Origin: Octopus vulgaris
Taxonomy: Eukaryota
DNA: 64,000 bases
NCBI GenBank assembly: GCA_951406725.2
Contig: OX597830.1
Coordinates: forward strand, 64,108,001-64,172,000
Reading direction: 5' to 3'
Below the pieces are notes generated by a model. The model had not been told where the DNA came from, did not search any database, and saw only the letters and a program-made list of their open reading frames with translations. Each line of letters starts with the position of its first letter. Within the stretch, counting starts at the first letter, position 1. The position numbers were made by a program, and so were the translations under genes. This document shows positions 31,087 to 45,402 of this stretch, piece after piece.

Positions 31087-31671
31087 TGGTTGTATACTGT
31101 CAATTTAACGTGACAGTAGGGGATTGCATCACTGCTGTTTAGCCCTAGCAAGCATCGACGCTTCCTGATGGCTTCGACACATTTTTTCCTGTGTCCTTAT
31201 ATATTTACGAAGGGGAGACAAACACCCCCAGCAGCCAGGCCTGCATCTAGAGACACGCATTTTTCAGGATCTTTTCCCATCATCGGTCTAGAGTAGCAGA
31301 AGCCCGCCAGCCGCAGATATCTGTCTCGATTTCGTAAATATATATGAGATATTTAGAAATTTAATATTTCTGATTTTGGTAATCAGTGAATAAACTTCAC
31401 TGAAAATTAGATATATATATTTACGAAATCGAGACAGATATCTGCGGCTGGCTGGCTTCTGCTACTCTAGACCGATGATGGGAAAAGACCCTGAAACATG
31501 CGTGTCTCTAGATGCATGCCTGGCTGCTGGGGGTGTTTGTCTCCCCTTCGTAAATATATAAGGACACAGGAAAAAATGTGTCGAAGCCATCAGGAAGCGT
31601 CGATGCTTCCTAGGGCTAAACAGCGGTGGTGTAATCCCCTACTGTCACGTTAAATTGACAGTATACAACCA
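31087..31671. repeat. Inverted repeat (~260-bp arms) of a hammerhead-bearing Penelope-type LTR
   Basis: Arms ~31087-31345 and ~31413-31671 are reverse complements; nested inside a second inverted pair at ~30765-30850 / ~31870-31957. Confidence 0.75.
31467..31511 (+). ncRNA. Compact type I hammerhead, CCGAUGA core variant (mirror copy 31247-31291, minus)
   Basis: CUAGA-CCGAUGA-uGGG aaaaga CCCu-GAAA-CAugcgUG-UC-UCUAG. Confidence 0.6.
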
Positions 31672-32239
31672 TTCTATCGCCCCACCACCGTGCATATCTC
31701 TATGAGATATTTAGAAATTTAATATCTCTGATTTATTATTATTTTTTTGCAAAAAACAATGTAAATTTCTTTTTTCCCCCTCCTCAATTTTAAAATAATT
31801 TTCTTTTCGCCTTTCAATTCTTTAAAATTTGCATTGCGATGAAAACCGGTTAGAGTTAATATTTTAAAAAAAGTTTTTAAAATTTTCCATACACCCACTT
31901 TTATTAAAATTTACCTTCAATTTAGCATTCTGCCTTTTTATAATTTTTCCTCGCCTATATATATATTTATTTTATTCGCCCTTTTAAAGCCTAGCCAGGC
32001 TCATGGGCCCGGTTTCCTGGTTTCTATAGCGTATGTGTTCCCCAGCTGGACGGGACGCCAGTCCATCGCAGCGTTACTCATTTTTGCCAGCTGAGTGGAC
32101 TGGAGCAACGTGAAATGAAATGTTTTGCTCAAGAACACACCGCGTCACCCGGTCCAGGAATCGAAACCACAATCTTACGATCATGATGTTGTTCAGAAGA
32201 GATATTGTTTGTTACATGTTGTTACACTGCAGCTGTCTG

Positions 32240-35200
32240 GGTTATTCAGTAACGCAGTCGAAACATGAAGAGAGCTAAGAATGTTGGTCTTGTTTCTTGG
32301 AATGTGCACACTCTCCAAGACAATCACTCAGCACCAGAACGAAAAACAGCACTGGTTGCACTTGAACTAAAGAAATGCAACATTGACATAGCTGCACTCA
32401 GTGGAACTCGCCTGGTAGGATCATCACAGTTTGAAGAAAGTAAGAGCAATACATATTTTTCTGGTCTGGAAGAAATGAGGATGAACCGCGCCACTCTGGT
32501 GTTGGTTTTGCCATCAAGACAGGAAAAGCTAGATCCTTTCTTTCTCTACCCAAAGGTATTTCTGATCGTATCATGAGACTAACGTTGGAACTTGATCATA
32601 ACACTTGTGTTACGCTTGTCAGTTGCCATGCTCCAACCATGACCAGTACTGAGTAGAAAAAGGATGAATTTCACAACCAACTCCGCGAGGTCATCTCCAG
32701 TTGTCACCATAGGGATAAACTTATCCTTATCGGCTACTTTATCGCTCATTTTGCTACTGACTATTAGGCATGCGTATTCTTGGTCGAATGAACTCCAACG
32801 GTCTGCGTGTGCTCTCCATCTGCAGGGAATTCGGTCTAAGCATTACAAATAGCTTTTTTCAACAGCGAAATTGCTGCAAAACGACCTGGATGCATCCTAG
32901 ATCTAAGGATTGGATTCTCATAGACACTAGATATTAGAAACTTTAACATTACACGCTCCTTTCATAACACCTGCTATCTCTCTGACCATTCTCTTCTCCG
33001 TAGTAAGGCTACGTTCCATCTGAAGCACACAAGACTACAAAAGTCATCTGTGCCTAAGCGCATTAATGCTCTGCCCTTGAAAAGCAAACTGAGCTCTCGA
33101 TCAAGTTGGACAGTACACTCAACACTGTGGATATCAGTGGTGACATAGAATCATATTGGAAGCCTCTGCGTGATGCAACGCACTCTGCATCTGTAGACTT
33201 GTTCGTAAACGTCAAAATTGGTTCAGTGATAACAACGCAGATGTCCAATAGTTGATACATAAAATGCATAGCTCTCACAAAACATGGATAACTAATAAGA
33301 GCTCATCCAGATAAGAGAATGCTTATAAGAAATGCAGAGGCCAGGTTCAACGTGCTCCGAGACAGATGAAGGAGGCTTGGTGGTCTTCCAAGGCTACTGA
33401 ACTGCAAAAAGCTGCGGACAGAAAGGATTCTAAAGCCTTTTATGATGGCCCCAAGAAAGTGTATGGTCCTCAAGAGCACGGTGTTACTCCTATTTTTTAA
33501 TCCAATAGAGAGACACTCTGCTAAATGACAAATGATGGAAAGATCATTTCGAAGCCGTACTGAACGACGCCATCTCAATCACTAACGATGACGTCATAAT
33601 ATCTATTCTACAGCATTCTGAAATACCGGAATTATCTCTGGAGCCAACCTTCCTGGAAGCGGTAAACTCTGTTTTAAACAGATCTCTTCTGGTAAAGCAC
33701 GTGGCAGGGATGCTGTCCCTTCTAAAATATACAAATATGGTGGACAGAAGCTTTTCGAGGAATTGCATATCCTCTTCATAACTATTTTGGATGGCAAGCC
33801 ATGTACCACAGGACTTCAAGGATGCTTCAATTCAATATCTTTATAAGAACAAAGGAAACAGAAACGCTTGTGATGATCATCGTTGGATATCGTCTATCGC
33901 TGGTAAGATTCTTGCTCGATTCAATCTTGACAGAATCATCAACACGTTGTAAACGATATCTATCTAGGATCACAGTACGGATTTCGCTCTGGTCGTGACA
34001 CTGTCGACATGATCTTTTCCCTTCGTCAGGTCATGGAGAAGGTACATGAGAAAAATCAAGAGTTGCTCATGGCATTCGTTGACCTTACTACGGCCTTCGA
34101 CACTGTTAACTGGCAAGCACTTTGGAAAGTTTTGAAAAAGCTTGGTATAACTGACGAGATGTTGAATGTTATTATCTCGTTTCATGAGGGAATGAAGACT
34201 GCTGATGTGTCTAGTGGGGGAATCTTGGGCTTCCTTCGATGTTACAAACAGCACAAAGCAAGGTTCTGCCATGGTCCCTGTTTTGATTGCTCTCTTCTTT
34301 TCAGTGATACTGAGGTATGCTTTTGGTGACCTACAAAGTGCTGGACTCTTCAATCATCAGCGTTTCAAAGCCAGAACACTGCTACGCACCAATATCATTC
34401 ATGGTTTAGTTTTTACAGATGATGCTACACTAGTAGCGACCTCCTTAGAGGAAGCTCAGGAACTTCTAGACCAGTTTTCTGCTGCATGTAAAGCCTTTGG
34501 TTTGACTATCAGTATAAAGAAGGCAGAAGTAATCCACCAAACTTGTCCTGCTCCTAAGCAAATTCGAGGGGTCATGCAGAGGCCACCGGTTCACAATTTT
34601 CCTGACACTCCTATACAGGATGATGGGAAAAACTTAAATTATGCAAAGTCATTTACATATCTTGGTAGTAAAGTGAATTCGAGCGCTTCCCTTGGTAATG
34701 AAATCGTCAACCGTCTTGCAAAGGCAACCAACGCATTTGGCAAACTCCATCATCGCCTATGGAATAAAAAGGGCATTAAACCTGACACAAAGTACAGGTC
34801 TATAAATCTGCCATTCTTACTACTCTCTTGTATGACTCAGAATCGTGGATACCCTATAGACGACACATTAACCAACTAGACATCTCCCACAAAGGCTGTC
34901 TTAAGACAATCTGCAGTTATTCACTAAAAGCCAGACTTTATAATGATGACCTGTTTAGCAAGTGTAAGATTGGTGGAATCGAGAGCTCCCTTATGTAGTC
35001 GCAATTGCATTGGGTTGGCCATGTCGTCAGAATGAGTTACAAAAGAATGCTCAAAGTCCTCATATACTGTCAGCTTGATAGTATGCACAGGAATGTTGGT
35101 CGACCATGGCTCAGATATAAGGACAAACTGAATAGTAACCTCTTATAAATGAAGATAGCTCACAACACCTTAGAGCGAACAGCCTTGGAGCGAACAAGAT

Positions 35201-35457
35201 GGAGATTGTTGTGTCAAAAGGGTATTAGAAACTTTGTTGCAACCAGCATTAACAGGCCTCGGGGTGTAAGGCAAAGGAGAAAAACAGGTGCAATTTTACC
35301 ACCTGCACTGACCTGTAATCCTCATACTTGCAACACTTGTGACCTTCTTTGCAAATCGTTGGCGGGACTCAAATGTCACATTCGACATAAACATTACGAC
35401 TGACAAAGAAAATGTAGGTTGTCGGATCCTCATACAGCGAAACTGACGGGAGAGTCT

Positions 35458-35460
<3 letters not shown>
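32240..35460 (+). mobile_element. RTE-clade LINE, near full length, degraded (APE + RT + C2H2)
   Basis: SWNVHTL...IDIAALS (APE), DLTTAFDTV, QGS, FTDD, FTYLGS, and terminal CNTCDLLCKSLAGLKCHIRHKH; many stops and frameshifts. Confidence 0.9.
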
Positions 35461-35520
<60 letters not shown>

Positions 35521-35568
35521 AGTGAATTGAAGAAATGGAGTTGAACGAAGATTGAACAGAATTCGTTT

Positions 35569-35661
35569 TATTGCATTCTACACGTGTTTCGAAAGGCACA
35601 ATTTACCAAATTCCGATTGAATAAGGAGACCATATTGTGTCTTTCTCTTCAGGAAGAAATA
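35569..35661 (-). ncRNA. Type I hammerhead ribozyme in inverted pLTR
   Basis: Reverse complement of the motif at 39088-39180. Confidence 0.8.
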
Positions 35662-36556
35662 GGAAATCCGTTGGAAAAAACAAAAACAGAACAGAGGCGG
35701 AGCAAAACAAATCGAACGAGGCTCCTAAGAGCCCATGGCCAAACTGTTTATCAATGTATGTTGAAAACTGGTGGTGGGTGCGTTGAAGGTTTTAACGGGT
35801 CAGGCAGCGGTCATTCCGGTGGGTGGGAGCACGGGGTGCTTAGATGTCCTTTGTGACCGAGACTAAAGTTCTGACTATTTAAAGAATATTAGGTGTATTA
35901 TATGGGGCGAGAAAAATCTACTTAGAAACATGTGTGTGTGTACTGTTCTATGTGTTCGTATGTGCGTTTGATCACGTGGCCGTCAGTTGGTAAACAGCCC
36001 TACACAATGGTCACTGCTGTAAAATCCGTCGGGTGGCAGAAAGAAATTTTTTATGTGTGCGTGTGTTCGTCTAAACCTGCCTTGTCAAAGAAACCCCCCG
36101 TCGTCAAGACAAACCACCATTCGTCTCCCAGGAGTAATTCCCCTTGCAATGGTTAATCATATTTCTCTTAAAAGTTTTTCAGAATTTATTTCCAAGGGCT
36201 ATTTTCATATAAGTAGTGTAACCGGGTGCAGGTATTATTTATAAGCGTTATTTATAAACAAGATAAGTATAACGCCGCCAGTGGGGGCATCGAAAAGCCG
36301 ACTGTAAAAGTCCGTTTACCATCCGGTCTCTGGCGAACAATATATGGAAGAGTTCGGAGACACAAAGGTTGCACTTCCTTCTACCCCTGTCAAATGGGAG
36401 GGCCACCGACAAAATTGACCATTCCAGGCTGTAGCTTGAGTTCGTATTCTTCAATCGCCATATTAGCTTGCTAAGTCCCGTGGTCTGGCATTTATTCACG
36501 TCTCGAAAAGTTGCGTAATGGTTGGAGATTCGTGAGGACAATCTTGACGATGAGGC

Positions 36557-38504
36557 CCCAGTTTGATATCGCCAGCTTCTACCCCTCGATTAACCCTAGT
36601 GTACTAAATAAGGCCCTTTGGCATGCTCACAACAAGGCTGGCCTCACCAGAGAAGAAATAGATATCATTTTAGTTGCCAGGAAATCGTTTATTAAGTTTG
36701 ATAATAAGTTGTGGATCCGTAAAGATACTCCCAATGAATTTGATGTGCCTATGGGTAGTTCGGATAGTGCGCAGATAGCCGATTTGGTCGGAATATATAT
36801 TCTCTACGAATTGTCCGACCAATTCCCGGAGATCGCGGGCGGCCTGTATCGTGACGTTTGTCTGTTTTACCTGCAAAACACCACGAACAGAATAGTGCAG
36901 AAAACTAAGAGCAGGTTAGCTAGGTTTTTTAATAGAATGGGCATGAATATAGTTTTTGATAATGAACTCACCAAGGCAAATTTCCTAGACGTTACACTTA
37001 ACCTTAATAGCGACTCATACTGCCCTTACCATAAGCCTTCCACTAATTTGAAGTATGTCAGTGTCTTCTCCAATCATGCCAAAACCGTAACAGACAATTT
37101 GGTTAAAAACATCTCTCTAAGATTGTCTGGCTTGTCCGCTAGTGCCGATATTTTTATGCAGAAAGCGGAATTTTATAACGCCGCACTATCCAAGGCCGGT
37201 TATAGGCAGAAGGTAATTTATATTGATCCGGCCCTTCCGATGCCATCATTCGGTCATCAGGATAGGGCCGTCTATAATAACATAAATAATTTAAGTAGTG
37301 ACGGGAGCGCGGGGGGTGCTGGGGCAGTCGCTCCCGCATTTAATTTAGCGAACAAGGATAATTATCGGTCCGGGGGATCTCACACTAACCCAAAACCCGT
37401 TATTCATCCGAGAATCCCCCACCCGAATGCGAGAGCTGCCGTCCCGACCCATCACATAAATAGGAACAAGCATATATGGTTTGTAATTCCCTTTGGTAAG
37501 CAGATTAGAAATAACCTCCCCCTCATGTTTCGACAGGCCATCGCCAATAACTTCCCCAGAAGTTCCAAATATTACTCCACGGTTAACTCGCATAAAGTTA
37601 GGATAGCTTTCTCCAACACTAAAAACCTCGCCCAGATAGTCGCCTCCCATAATAATAGGCTGCTTACTAAGACCCTACCACCTTTTTCCGGAGGCACTGC
37701 TTCTTCCGCTCCCGGTTTAACGCTCAGTAGGAATAATAATAGTAGTAATAATGATATGAGAGCCAGTACAGTGACTCATAATCTCAGCTCCAACCAGGGA
37801 TTATATACTAGGGGTATAGTTATAAATAAGGGTGATGTCATTGACGATAACAATGGCAGTAGTGAGGTGAGCGCAGCTCGGCTCGCTAGGGTAGAAAGTC
37901 CCAATAGCAACTCCAGCATCGTTTCCGGCAATAGCAGCACCACGGGCACTAGCAATGACAGCACTCTGAGTGATAGTGTAGAATCAGGGGTTACTCCGTT
38001 AGTTAATAGTGACGTAGTGGAAAATAAAGTAGTAAGCGGCTGCAGTTCTCGCAACAAATATAGTAACAGTAACGCAGTTCTAATTTCAGAAACTAATCCT
38101 AATAGAATAAGGTTCACGTCGGTGAACTCCAAGATCAGAAACGCCGTCTACCAATGTAAGGTTTACACGGACTCAGATGTCTACTCTTATGTCGGGCCTC
38201 ATCGTCAAGATTGTCCTTACGAATCTCCAACCATTACGCAACTTTTCGAGACGTGAATAAATGCCAGACCACGGGACATAGCAAGCTAATATGGCGATTG
38301 AAGAATACGAACTCAAGCTACAGCCTGGAATGGTCAATTTTGTCGGTGGCCCTCCCATTTGATAGGGGCAGAAGGAAGTGCAACCTTTGTGTCTCCGAAC
38401 TCTTCCATATATTGTTCGCCAGAGACCGGATGGTAAACGGACTTTTACAGTCGGCTTTTCGATGCCCCCACTGGCGGCGTTATACTTATCTTGCTTATAA
38501 ATAA
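36557..38504 (+). pseudogene. Penelope RT + GIY-YIG ORF (N-truncated, YRDD changed to YRDV, frameshift after YVG)
   Basis: ORFs 36511-38256 and 38211-38504. The sister copy (48430-49179) reads YVGASSSKLALRISNHY through the same site, which locates a 1-nt deletion near 38195. Confidence 0.85.
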
Positions 38505-39087
38505 CGCTTATAAATAATACCTGCACCCGGTTACACTACTTATATGAAAATAGCCCTTGGAAATAAATTCTGAAAAACTTTTAAGAGAAATATGATTAAC
38601 CATTGCAAGGGGAATTACTCCTGGGAGACGAATGGTGTTTTGTCTTGACGACGTGGGGTTTCTTTGACAAGGCAGGTTTAGACGAACACACGCACACATA
38701 AAAAATTTCTTTCTGCCACCCGGCGGATTTTACAGCAGTGACCATTGTGTAGGGCTGTTTACCAACTGACGGCCACGTGATCAAACGCACATACGAACAC
38801 ATAGAACAGTACACACACACATGTTTCTAAGATTTTTCTCGCCCCATATAATACACCTAATATTCTTTAAATAGTCAGAACTTTAGTCTCGGTCACAAAG
38901 AACATCTAAGCACCCCGTGCTCCCACCCACCGGAATGACCGCTGCCTGACCCGTTAAAACCTTCAACGCACCCACCACCAGTTTTCAACATACATTGATA
39001 AACAGTTTGGCCATGGGCTCTTAGGAGCCTCGTTCGATTTGTTTTGCTCCGCCTCTGTTCTGTTTTTGTTTTTTCCAACGGATTTCC

Positions 39088-39180
39088 TATTTCTTCCTGA
39101 AGAGAAAGACACAATATGGTCTCCTTATTCAATCGGAATTTGGTAAATTGTGCCTTTCGAAACACGTGTAGAATGCAATA
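39088..39180 (+). ncRNA. Type I hammerhead ribozyme in Penelope pLTR
   Basis: UUC-CUGAAGA-GAAAGaCACAAU...AUUGUGcCUUUC-GAAA-CACGUG-UA-GAA: intact core, extended stem II, palindromic stem III. Confidence 0.82.
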
Positions 39181-39383
39181 AATGGATTTCTGTTCAATCT
39201 TCGTTCAACTCCATTTCTTCAATTCACTAATAATATTAAAATTCAATTATCCGCACCAACGCACGGTTGCAACACCGTATGGTTGTACCTCCAACCGTGC
39301 TGTCTTCTGCTGTGATTTTTGCTACCAAGGTATCGGTTAAACTTTTGATTAATCTGCAACAAGATTATTCATCTTTCTATTTC

Positions 39384-39469
<86 letters not shown>

Positions 39470-39470
<1 letters not shown>

Positions 39471-39885
39471 TCACATATTTACCAAAATTACACAAAAATA
39501 TCTTGAAGTACTAAAGTATAAATTTATTCTATAAAATCGCCATTGGCTTCAACCATGGCCGCTAGGCGTCATCGGAATCTCCTGCAATTCATCTGCTGCC
39601 ATAACCCTTGCCTTCAGTTCACCCTTGGTATTACAAGGAGTTTTGTTGGTCTCTCGCTCAGCTGCGCCCCACTCATAATAATCAAGGGGGTTGCAGCCTG
39701 GGGTGTTAGGTGGCCTGATGTTAGGGGTGATGTGATTGCAGAAATTGCCTGACAGCCTTGACTGGGTTTTTCTAGTTGCGTGGCATGGTGTAGAGTCCTA
39801 TTGCCAGACATAGGGTGTTCCAGCAGCCACTTTCTTGACCCAGGACATCACTACCTCCCCCAGGCACTTGATGTAGGCCACTGTG
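39470..39885 (-). mobile_element. Tc1/mariner-superfamily transposase 3' fragment
   Basis: Minus strand gives QQDSTPCH...WPPNTPGCNPLDY-like (SPDxNPxD) motifs with frameshifts. Confidence 0.6.
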
Positions 39886-40744
39886 TACTGTGCTCTGCTG
39901 TTTCAAGTTTCTTGATATGGGTTGATCCCACCCAGACAGGGCAAACATTCTATGTGAAGGAATAGCACTAGGCCAGAGCAGTAGATCTTAAAATGTGAGA
40001 ACTGTGGTTCTCCTTACATAAGATCTTGTTTCGGGAACAATCTTTCAATCTATTGTTCTTGACGTTCATCTTGCAGGAGAGATTGTGACCCGAGGTTAGT
40101 CCAAGGTAGACAGGGCTGACTGGACAGTGGCTGACTGGACCATTTGATGATAAGCGATCGTATAATCCTGAGAGGAACGAGCTGACTTCGATTCTTTGTT
40201 GGCATGTTGGTGGTCGCGCGTTCGCGTTCGCAAAAGAGCAGTTAACCTAGGGAGGAGGAGAAGGAGGAGGAGAAGAAGAAGAAGAAGAAGAAGAAGAAGA
40301 AGAAGAAGAAGAAGAAGAAGAAGAAGAAGAAGAAGAAGAAGAAGAAGAAGAAGAAGAAGAAGAAGAAGAAGAAGAAGAAAATTTTTGACTAGTTTAAGTA
40401 AACAGGTGATGTTTGTCAGTGACAAACAGTCAAGGAAAATTGTTAGTTGAAGTTAGCTAAATAGTATTAAAACCATAAAAGAAAACGCGTTAGGTTATAT
40501 AAGCAATAAATAATAATTGAAATCTGTTTATATAATATTTAATGGAAACAAACACGAGATCATAATAAAGATAGTGACGCACGCTTAGACAACTACATGT
40601 AAATACATGAACACACATTCGTACCATTCAATTCGCTTTTGTTTGTGCGGTTGTTGACAGGTACTTCTGCAAGAGAAACTGTCAGTCGAAAGTATGTTAC
40701 ACTTTTAAAAACATAAACACAATCCAGGTCATATTCTTTGCTGC

Positions 40745-41300
40745 TCTTAAGCAAGGCCTGAAATTTTGGGGGAGGGGGTCTAGTCGATTAAATCGATCCC
40801 AGTATGCAACTGGTACTTAATTTATCGACCACGATAGGCAAAGTCGACATCGGCGGAATTTGAACTCAGAACGTAAAGACAGACGAAATACCGCTAAACA
40901 TTTCATCCTGCGTGCTAACGTTTCTTATTTTTTTATTGCCCTCAAGGGGCTAAACTTAGAGGGGACAAACAAGGACAGACAAAGGGGTTAAGTCGATTAC
41001 ATCGACCCCAGTTCGTAACTGGTACTTAATTTATCGACCCCGAAAGGATGAAAGGCAAAGTCGACCTCGGCGGAATTTGAACTCAGAACGTAACGGCAGA
41101 CGAAATACCTATTTCTTTACTACCCACAAGGGGCTAAACACAGAGGGGACAAACAAGGACAGACAAAGGGGTTAAGTCGATTACATCGACCCCAGTTCGT
41201 AACTGGTACTTAATTTATCGACCCCGAAAGGATGAAAGGCAAAGTCGACCTCGGCGGAATTTGAACTCAAAACGTAACGGCAGACGAATTACCTATTTCG
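40745..41300 (+). repeat. Tandem SINE-derived repeats (~3 units)
   Basis: Repeated GTCGATTACATCGACCCCAG...GAAAGGCAAAGTCGACCTCGGCGGAATTTGAACTC; also at ~7530-7640, 7950-8145 and 9070-9190. Confidence 0.7.
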
Positions 41301-41955
41301 TTACGGACCAAAGGGAAGTGACAAATTCTGGTTGTATAAGTCTTGGGTGTCATAAATCAACGGGGGCGTCTGATTTACAACTCTGATTTACAATACACTA
41401 AGTCCCCAGACGCCCCTGTTGATTTATGACACCCAAGACTACAACCAGAATTTGTCATTTCCCTGACCACCATGTTTGGTCCGTAACTACTATATATCCC
41501 TTATCCTTATATTCTTTTACATTTTTTATTATTTTTATTTCTATTTTTATTTTTATAACTTTATACCTTTATATTCATTTATATTTTTTTATATTTTTTA
41601 TATCTCTTTATATCTTTATACTCTACATTTTTATATTTTTCTATACTTACACTTTTTATAAATTTTTTATCCTTCGTCCTGAATTCTCGCCCCTCCATCT
41701 TTATCTCTATTTACTCTTATTACCAGGTTCCTTCGCGTCTGTCTGCATTTATATATTTATATATGTATATATTTATTTATTAATTTATTTACATTACTTT
41801 AACATCCAAATTTCCTCATTCTACACTGAGGGAAGAACGAGATGGACGCTTCATTTTTATGCTGTTGCCGCATTACGTCGTACGCGAATGAGAGGATTTG
41901 CATCCCCAACCAAGAATTTTTGATGTAATACATGTCCTTGTGGAAGTTGTTGTGC

Positions 41956-42033
41956 GCGGCTGAAGAAGGCCACAGACATACATTATGCATTGTCATAAAT
42001 CCGTCTAATAAAGGCCCGAAACATATGTACCGC
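41956..42033 (+). ncRNA. Type I hammerhead ribozyme (second copy of 2099-2176)
   Basis: Same core, stems and GUA site. Confidence 0.8.
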
Positions 42034-42135
42034 TGAATCCTTGGCATCATGTTTTTATTTTGATTAATTTACTCCACCACCTACACCACCAAACGGTATA
42101 TACGGGTGCTTACAATTATCAAGTACTCACCCCGA

Positions 42136-42176
<41 letters not shown>

Positions 42177-42249
42177 TTACTTATTTTTATTATTATTATT
42201 ATTTTATTTTATTTTATTTTATTTATTTATTTATTTATTATTTTTTTGT

Positions 42250-43161
42250 AAATTATATAACTATCAAAAAGTATTAAAAGTTTAATATAAGATAAATAGT
42301 AAAAACACTACGATCGTTTCATGCCCGTAACCAATTCGAATAACAATAATTTAAATTCAATTAATAATTCGAATAATGATTACAGTCAATCTTCAGGTTA
42401 ATTGTAATATTTTAATAAGTAAACAGAAATATTTAAACAATATATTTAAGAAATAAATAATATAATAAATTTACTTATAAAAAACTCTATTATCAAACTA
42501 GAAACTTAACGATTATGATTAAATCAAAACATCAATTATAATGTTTTATTTACATAAAAAAACAATATCATTACACCTTAAGACTTATAAAATTTTAAAA
42601 TTCAAAGATCTTAAATATAAATATATATATACTTAGCTTAGCGAGGTTTTGTGATGAACTAAAATTTTGAATCGGAAAACGTCTTTACAGCGTTTATAAG
42701 AATACTCGTGGAATTACGTTATAAGCAAAAAAAAGAATGAATTGTTGAAGAATTCATTAAGTGTGAGTAACAAATACGCTTTATCAATGAAGATTGTGAA
42801 TGGGAACAGTTATGGTTTATCAATAAATATAAATAGAATGAAGTTACAGATAAAGAATAGAATCACTCTATACTATAAGATTTATTAATAAAATAACTAT
42901 GATAAATAATACTTAATACAGAATAAATTAAATAATTAAAAACCACTAATAATTATATATGCTCTAAAAATCTTATATGATTAATAAATATATAAAAAAA
43001 GTTTTTATAGTAACCCCTCAACGTACTATAAATTCTTTCCCAATTACTCTTATAATTATAAGCTAAAACTAGTGATCATAACCATTATCTCTAAAATACT
43101 TATCAAAATTTGAGGTATAACTATACATGCGTATGCATATATATATATAAATATACATACA

Positions 43162-43248
<87 letters not shown>

Positions 43249-43940
43249 CATACATACATACACACATACACATACATACATGCACATACATACAATACGC
43301 AATACATACACATACATAAATATACACACACCCACACACACACGCATAAATAAATGTATATACATATACATATATATACACGTACATAAACATATACACA
43401 TATATACATACATACACACACATGAACACATATATCATATAAATAAATACGTAAATAAATGCCAATATTCATACTTCAATACAAACATAGAGGTAAACAT
43501 TAAGTTTAATCTATATACTCAATCTTACTAATCTATACTTCTATATTAAATAAAATAGATTAAATACACATCCCAAAAAAATCTATTTCAAATATAAAGA
43601 GATTACATACATATATATTAATTTAACAAAATTATAATTTAACAAAATTATAACAGAAATGAGCTAATTAGGGCTAAGAAATATTCATTATTTATCTAGA
43701 AATTTATTATATAAGTAAAGTAACTTGTGTCTGCATTTTATTTTGCGCTCATCCCAGGTATTCACTAAATTATCATGCTTATAAAATAAAATTTCCTTAA
43801 ACTCATTTCAACATAAATAACAAAAATTCCCTCCTATACTATATGATTTAACCTTACTCATTATTTCCCATGTTAAATCATAATTAATATTTTGGGATTT
43901 AAGTCCCCAATGTACTTACTAAGTCCAGTTGAGTTAATTA

Positions 43941-43984
<44 letters not shown>

Positions 43985-44249
43985 AAATATAGTTTAAATC
44001 ATTTAAATAATTTTAAAAATTCTAACTTTAATTTAAATATTTTAATTTGGAATTTTATATTTTATATTTTTTATATTTATATTTTATATTTTTTAAATTA
44101 TTTTTTCTATATATTGGCTTATGATTTTCACTGTTTGATTTGCCTAATAGTGGTTTTATCTCTAATTTAATAGAATATATATTTATACTATAAAATTGTA
44201 TTTAATCCTAAATCTAAATTTTCCCTGTAAGTTTGGATTTACTCCCTAA

Positions 44250-44250
<1 letters not shown>
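42250..44250 (-). mobile_element. AT-rich Penelope-like remnant (endonuclease C-terminus plus pLTR)
   Basis: Minus ~43940-43690 encodes ...WEIMSKVKSYSIGGNFCYLC*NEFKEIL...KCRHK; hammerhead at 42306-42399; related LTR pieces at ~15190-15500 and ~61850-62275. Confidence 0.7.
42306..42399 (-). ncRNA. Type I hammerhead ribozyme (long stem II)
   Basis: AAC-CUGAAGA-UUGACUGUAAUC...GGUUACGGGCAU-GAAA-CGAUCG-UA-GUG; stem I is weak. Confidence 0.65.
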
Positions 44251-44324
<74 letters not shown>

Positions 44325-44325
44325 C

Positions 44326-44378
<53 letters not shown>

Positions 44379-44695
44379 CTAGCTTAAGGTGACCGGCTCT
44401 ACGTGCGAGTTAAGAGTGTGGTTGTTACTTTCTGTTGCTTCCTTTCAGCACGTAAAAAGCACCATCCGAACGCGGCCGATGGCAGCGCCGCCTTGACTGG
44501 CTTCTGTGCCGGTGGCACATAAAAAGCACCCACCAATCGTGGCCGCTGTTAGCGCCCCTCCCGCCGTGCACCTGTGCCGGTGGCACGTAAAAAGCGAACC
44601 ACATATCGTGACGAAGATTTTTGTTGGAATTTACATCACGGAACAGTACATTACACACACACACACATATATATATACATATATATACATACACA

Positions 44696-44748
<53 letters not shown>

Positions 44749-44822
44749 AACACATATGTATATACATATATACATACACACACACATATATGTATACATA
44801 CACATATACATATATACACACA

Positions 44823-44855
<33 letters not shown>

Positions 44856-44872
44856 CATACATATATATACAT

Positions 44873-44911
<39 letters not shown>

Positions 44912-45321
44912 CACGCGTGTGTGTATGTTTGTTTCAATATCTATCTATCTATCTTTCTATATACTTTCATTTGTGTCAGCCAGATGATGTGGCCTTGCTG
45001 GGGCATCCTCACTGGTATGACTGTTAGGTCGTTGTCTAATGCCATTTTATTTGTACAGTCTTCTCTCCATGGTTGGTTTTTCCTGAGTGAAGTTGAACAA
45101 CGTCATCCGGTTTTGTTTTTCTAGCTGTCACGCAGAGTCGATCTCTATCTGTGAAAGGAATTTGACACTTCCTATTATCCGCACCTAAGTCTCGAAGATC
45201 TCTTGTGACAAAGTATTGAAGCAAAACCTACAAGTCCTTGAACCCTAAGCTGTTGCAGTATTGGTCCTTTCTCTCGACTAGATGGTAGTTTGCTTTAACA
45301 CCCAGATAAAGATTGGTATAT

Positions 45322-45402
<81 letters not shown>

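Larger units (their letters stand above)
35516..39390 (+). mobile_element. Penelope-like retroelement, 5'-truncated, with ~1.04-kb inverted terminal duplication
   Basis: 35516-36559 is the reverse complement of ~38193-39235. Internal ORF carries RT motifs FDIASFYPSI, PMGS, LYRDV and FLDVTL, then a GIY-YIG-like AVYQC...YVG. Confidence 0.92.

Noticed and set aside
43800-43830. In-frame TGA after CYLC as possible selenocysteine
   Set aside because: Single decayed copy with a nearby frameshift, no SECIS recognised, and the TGA is not at one of the conserved Cys positions.
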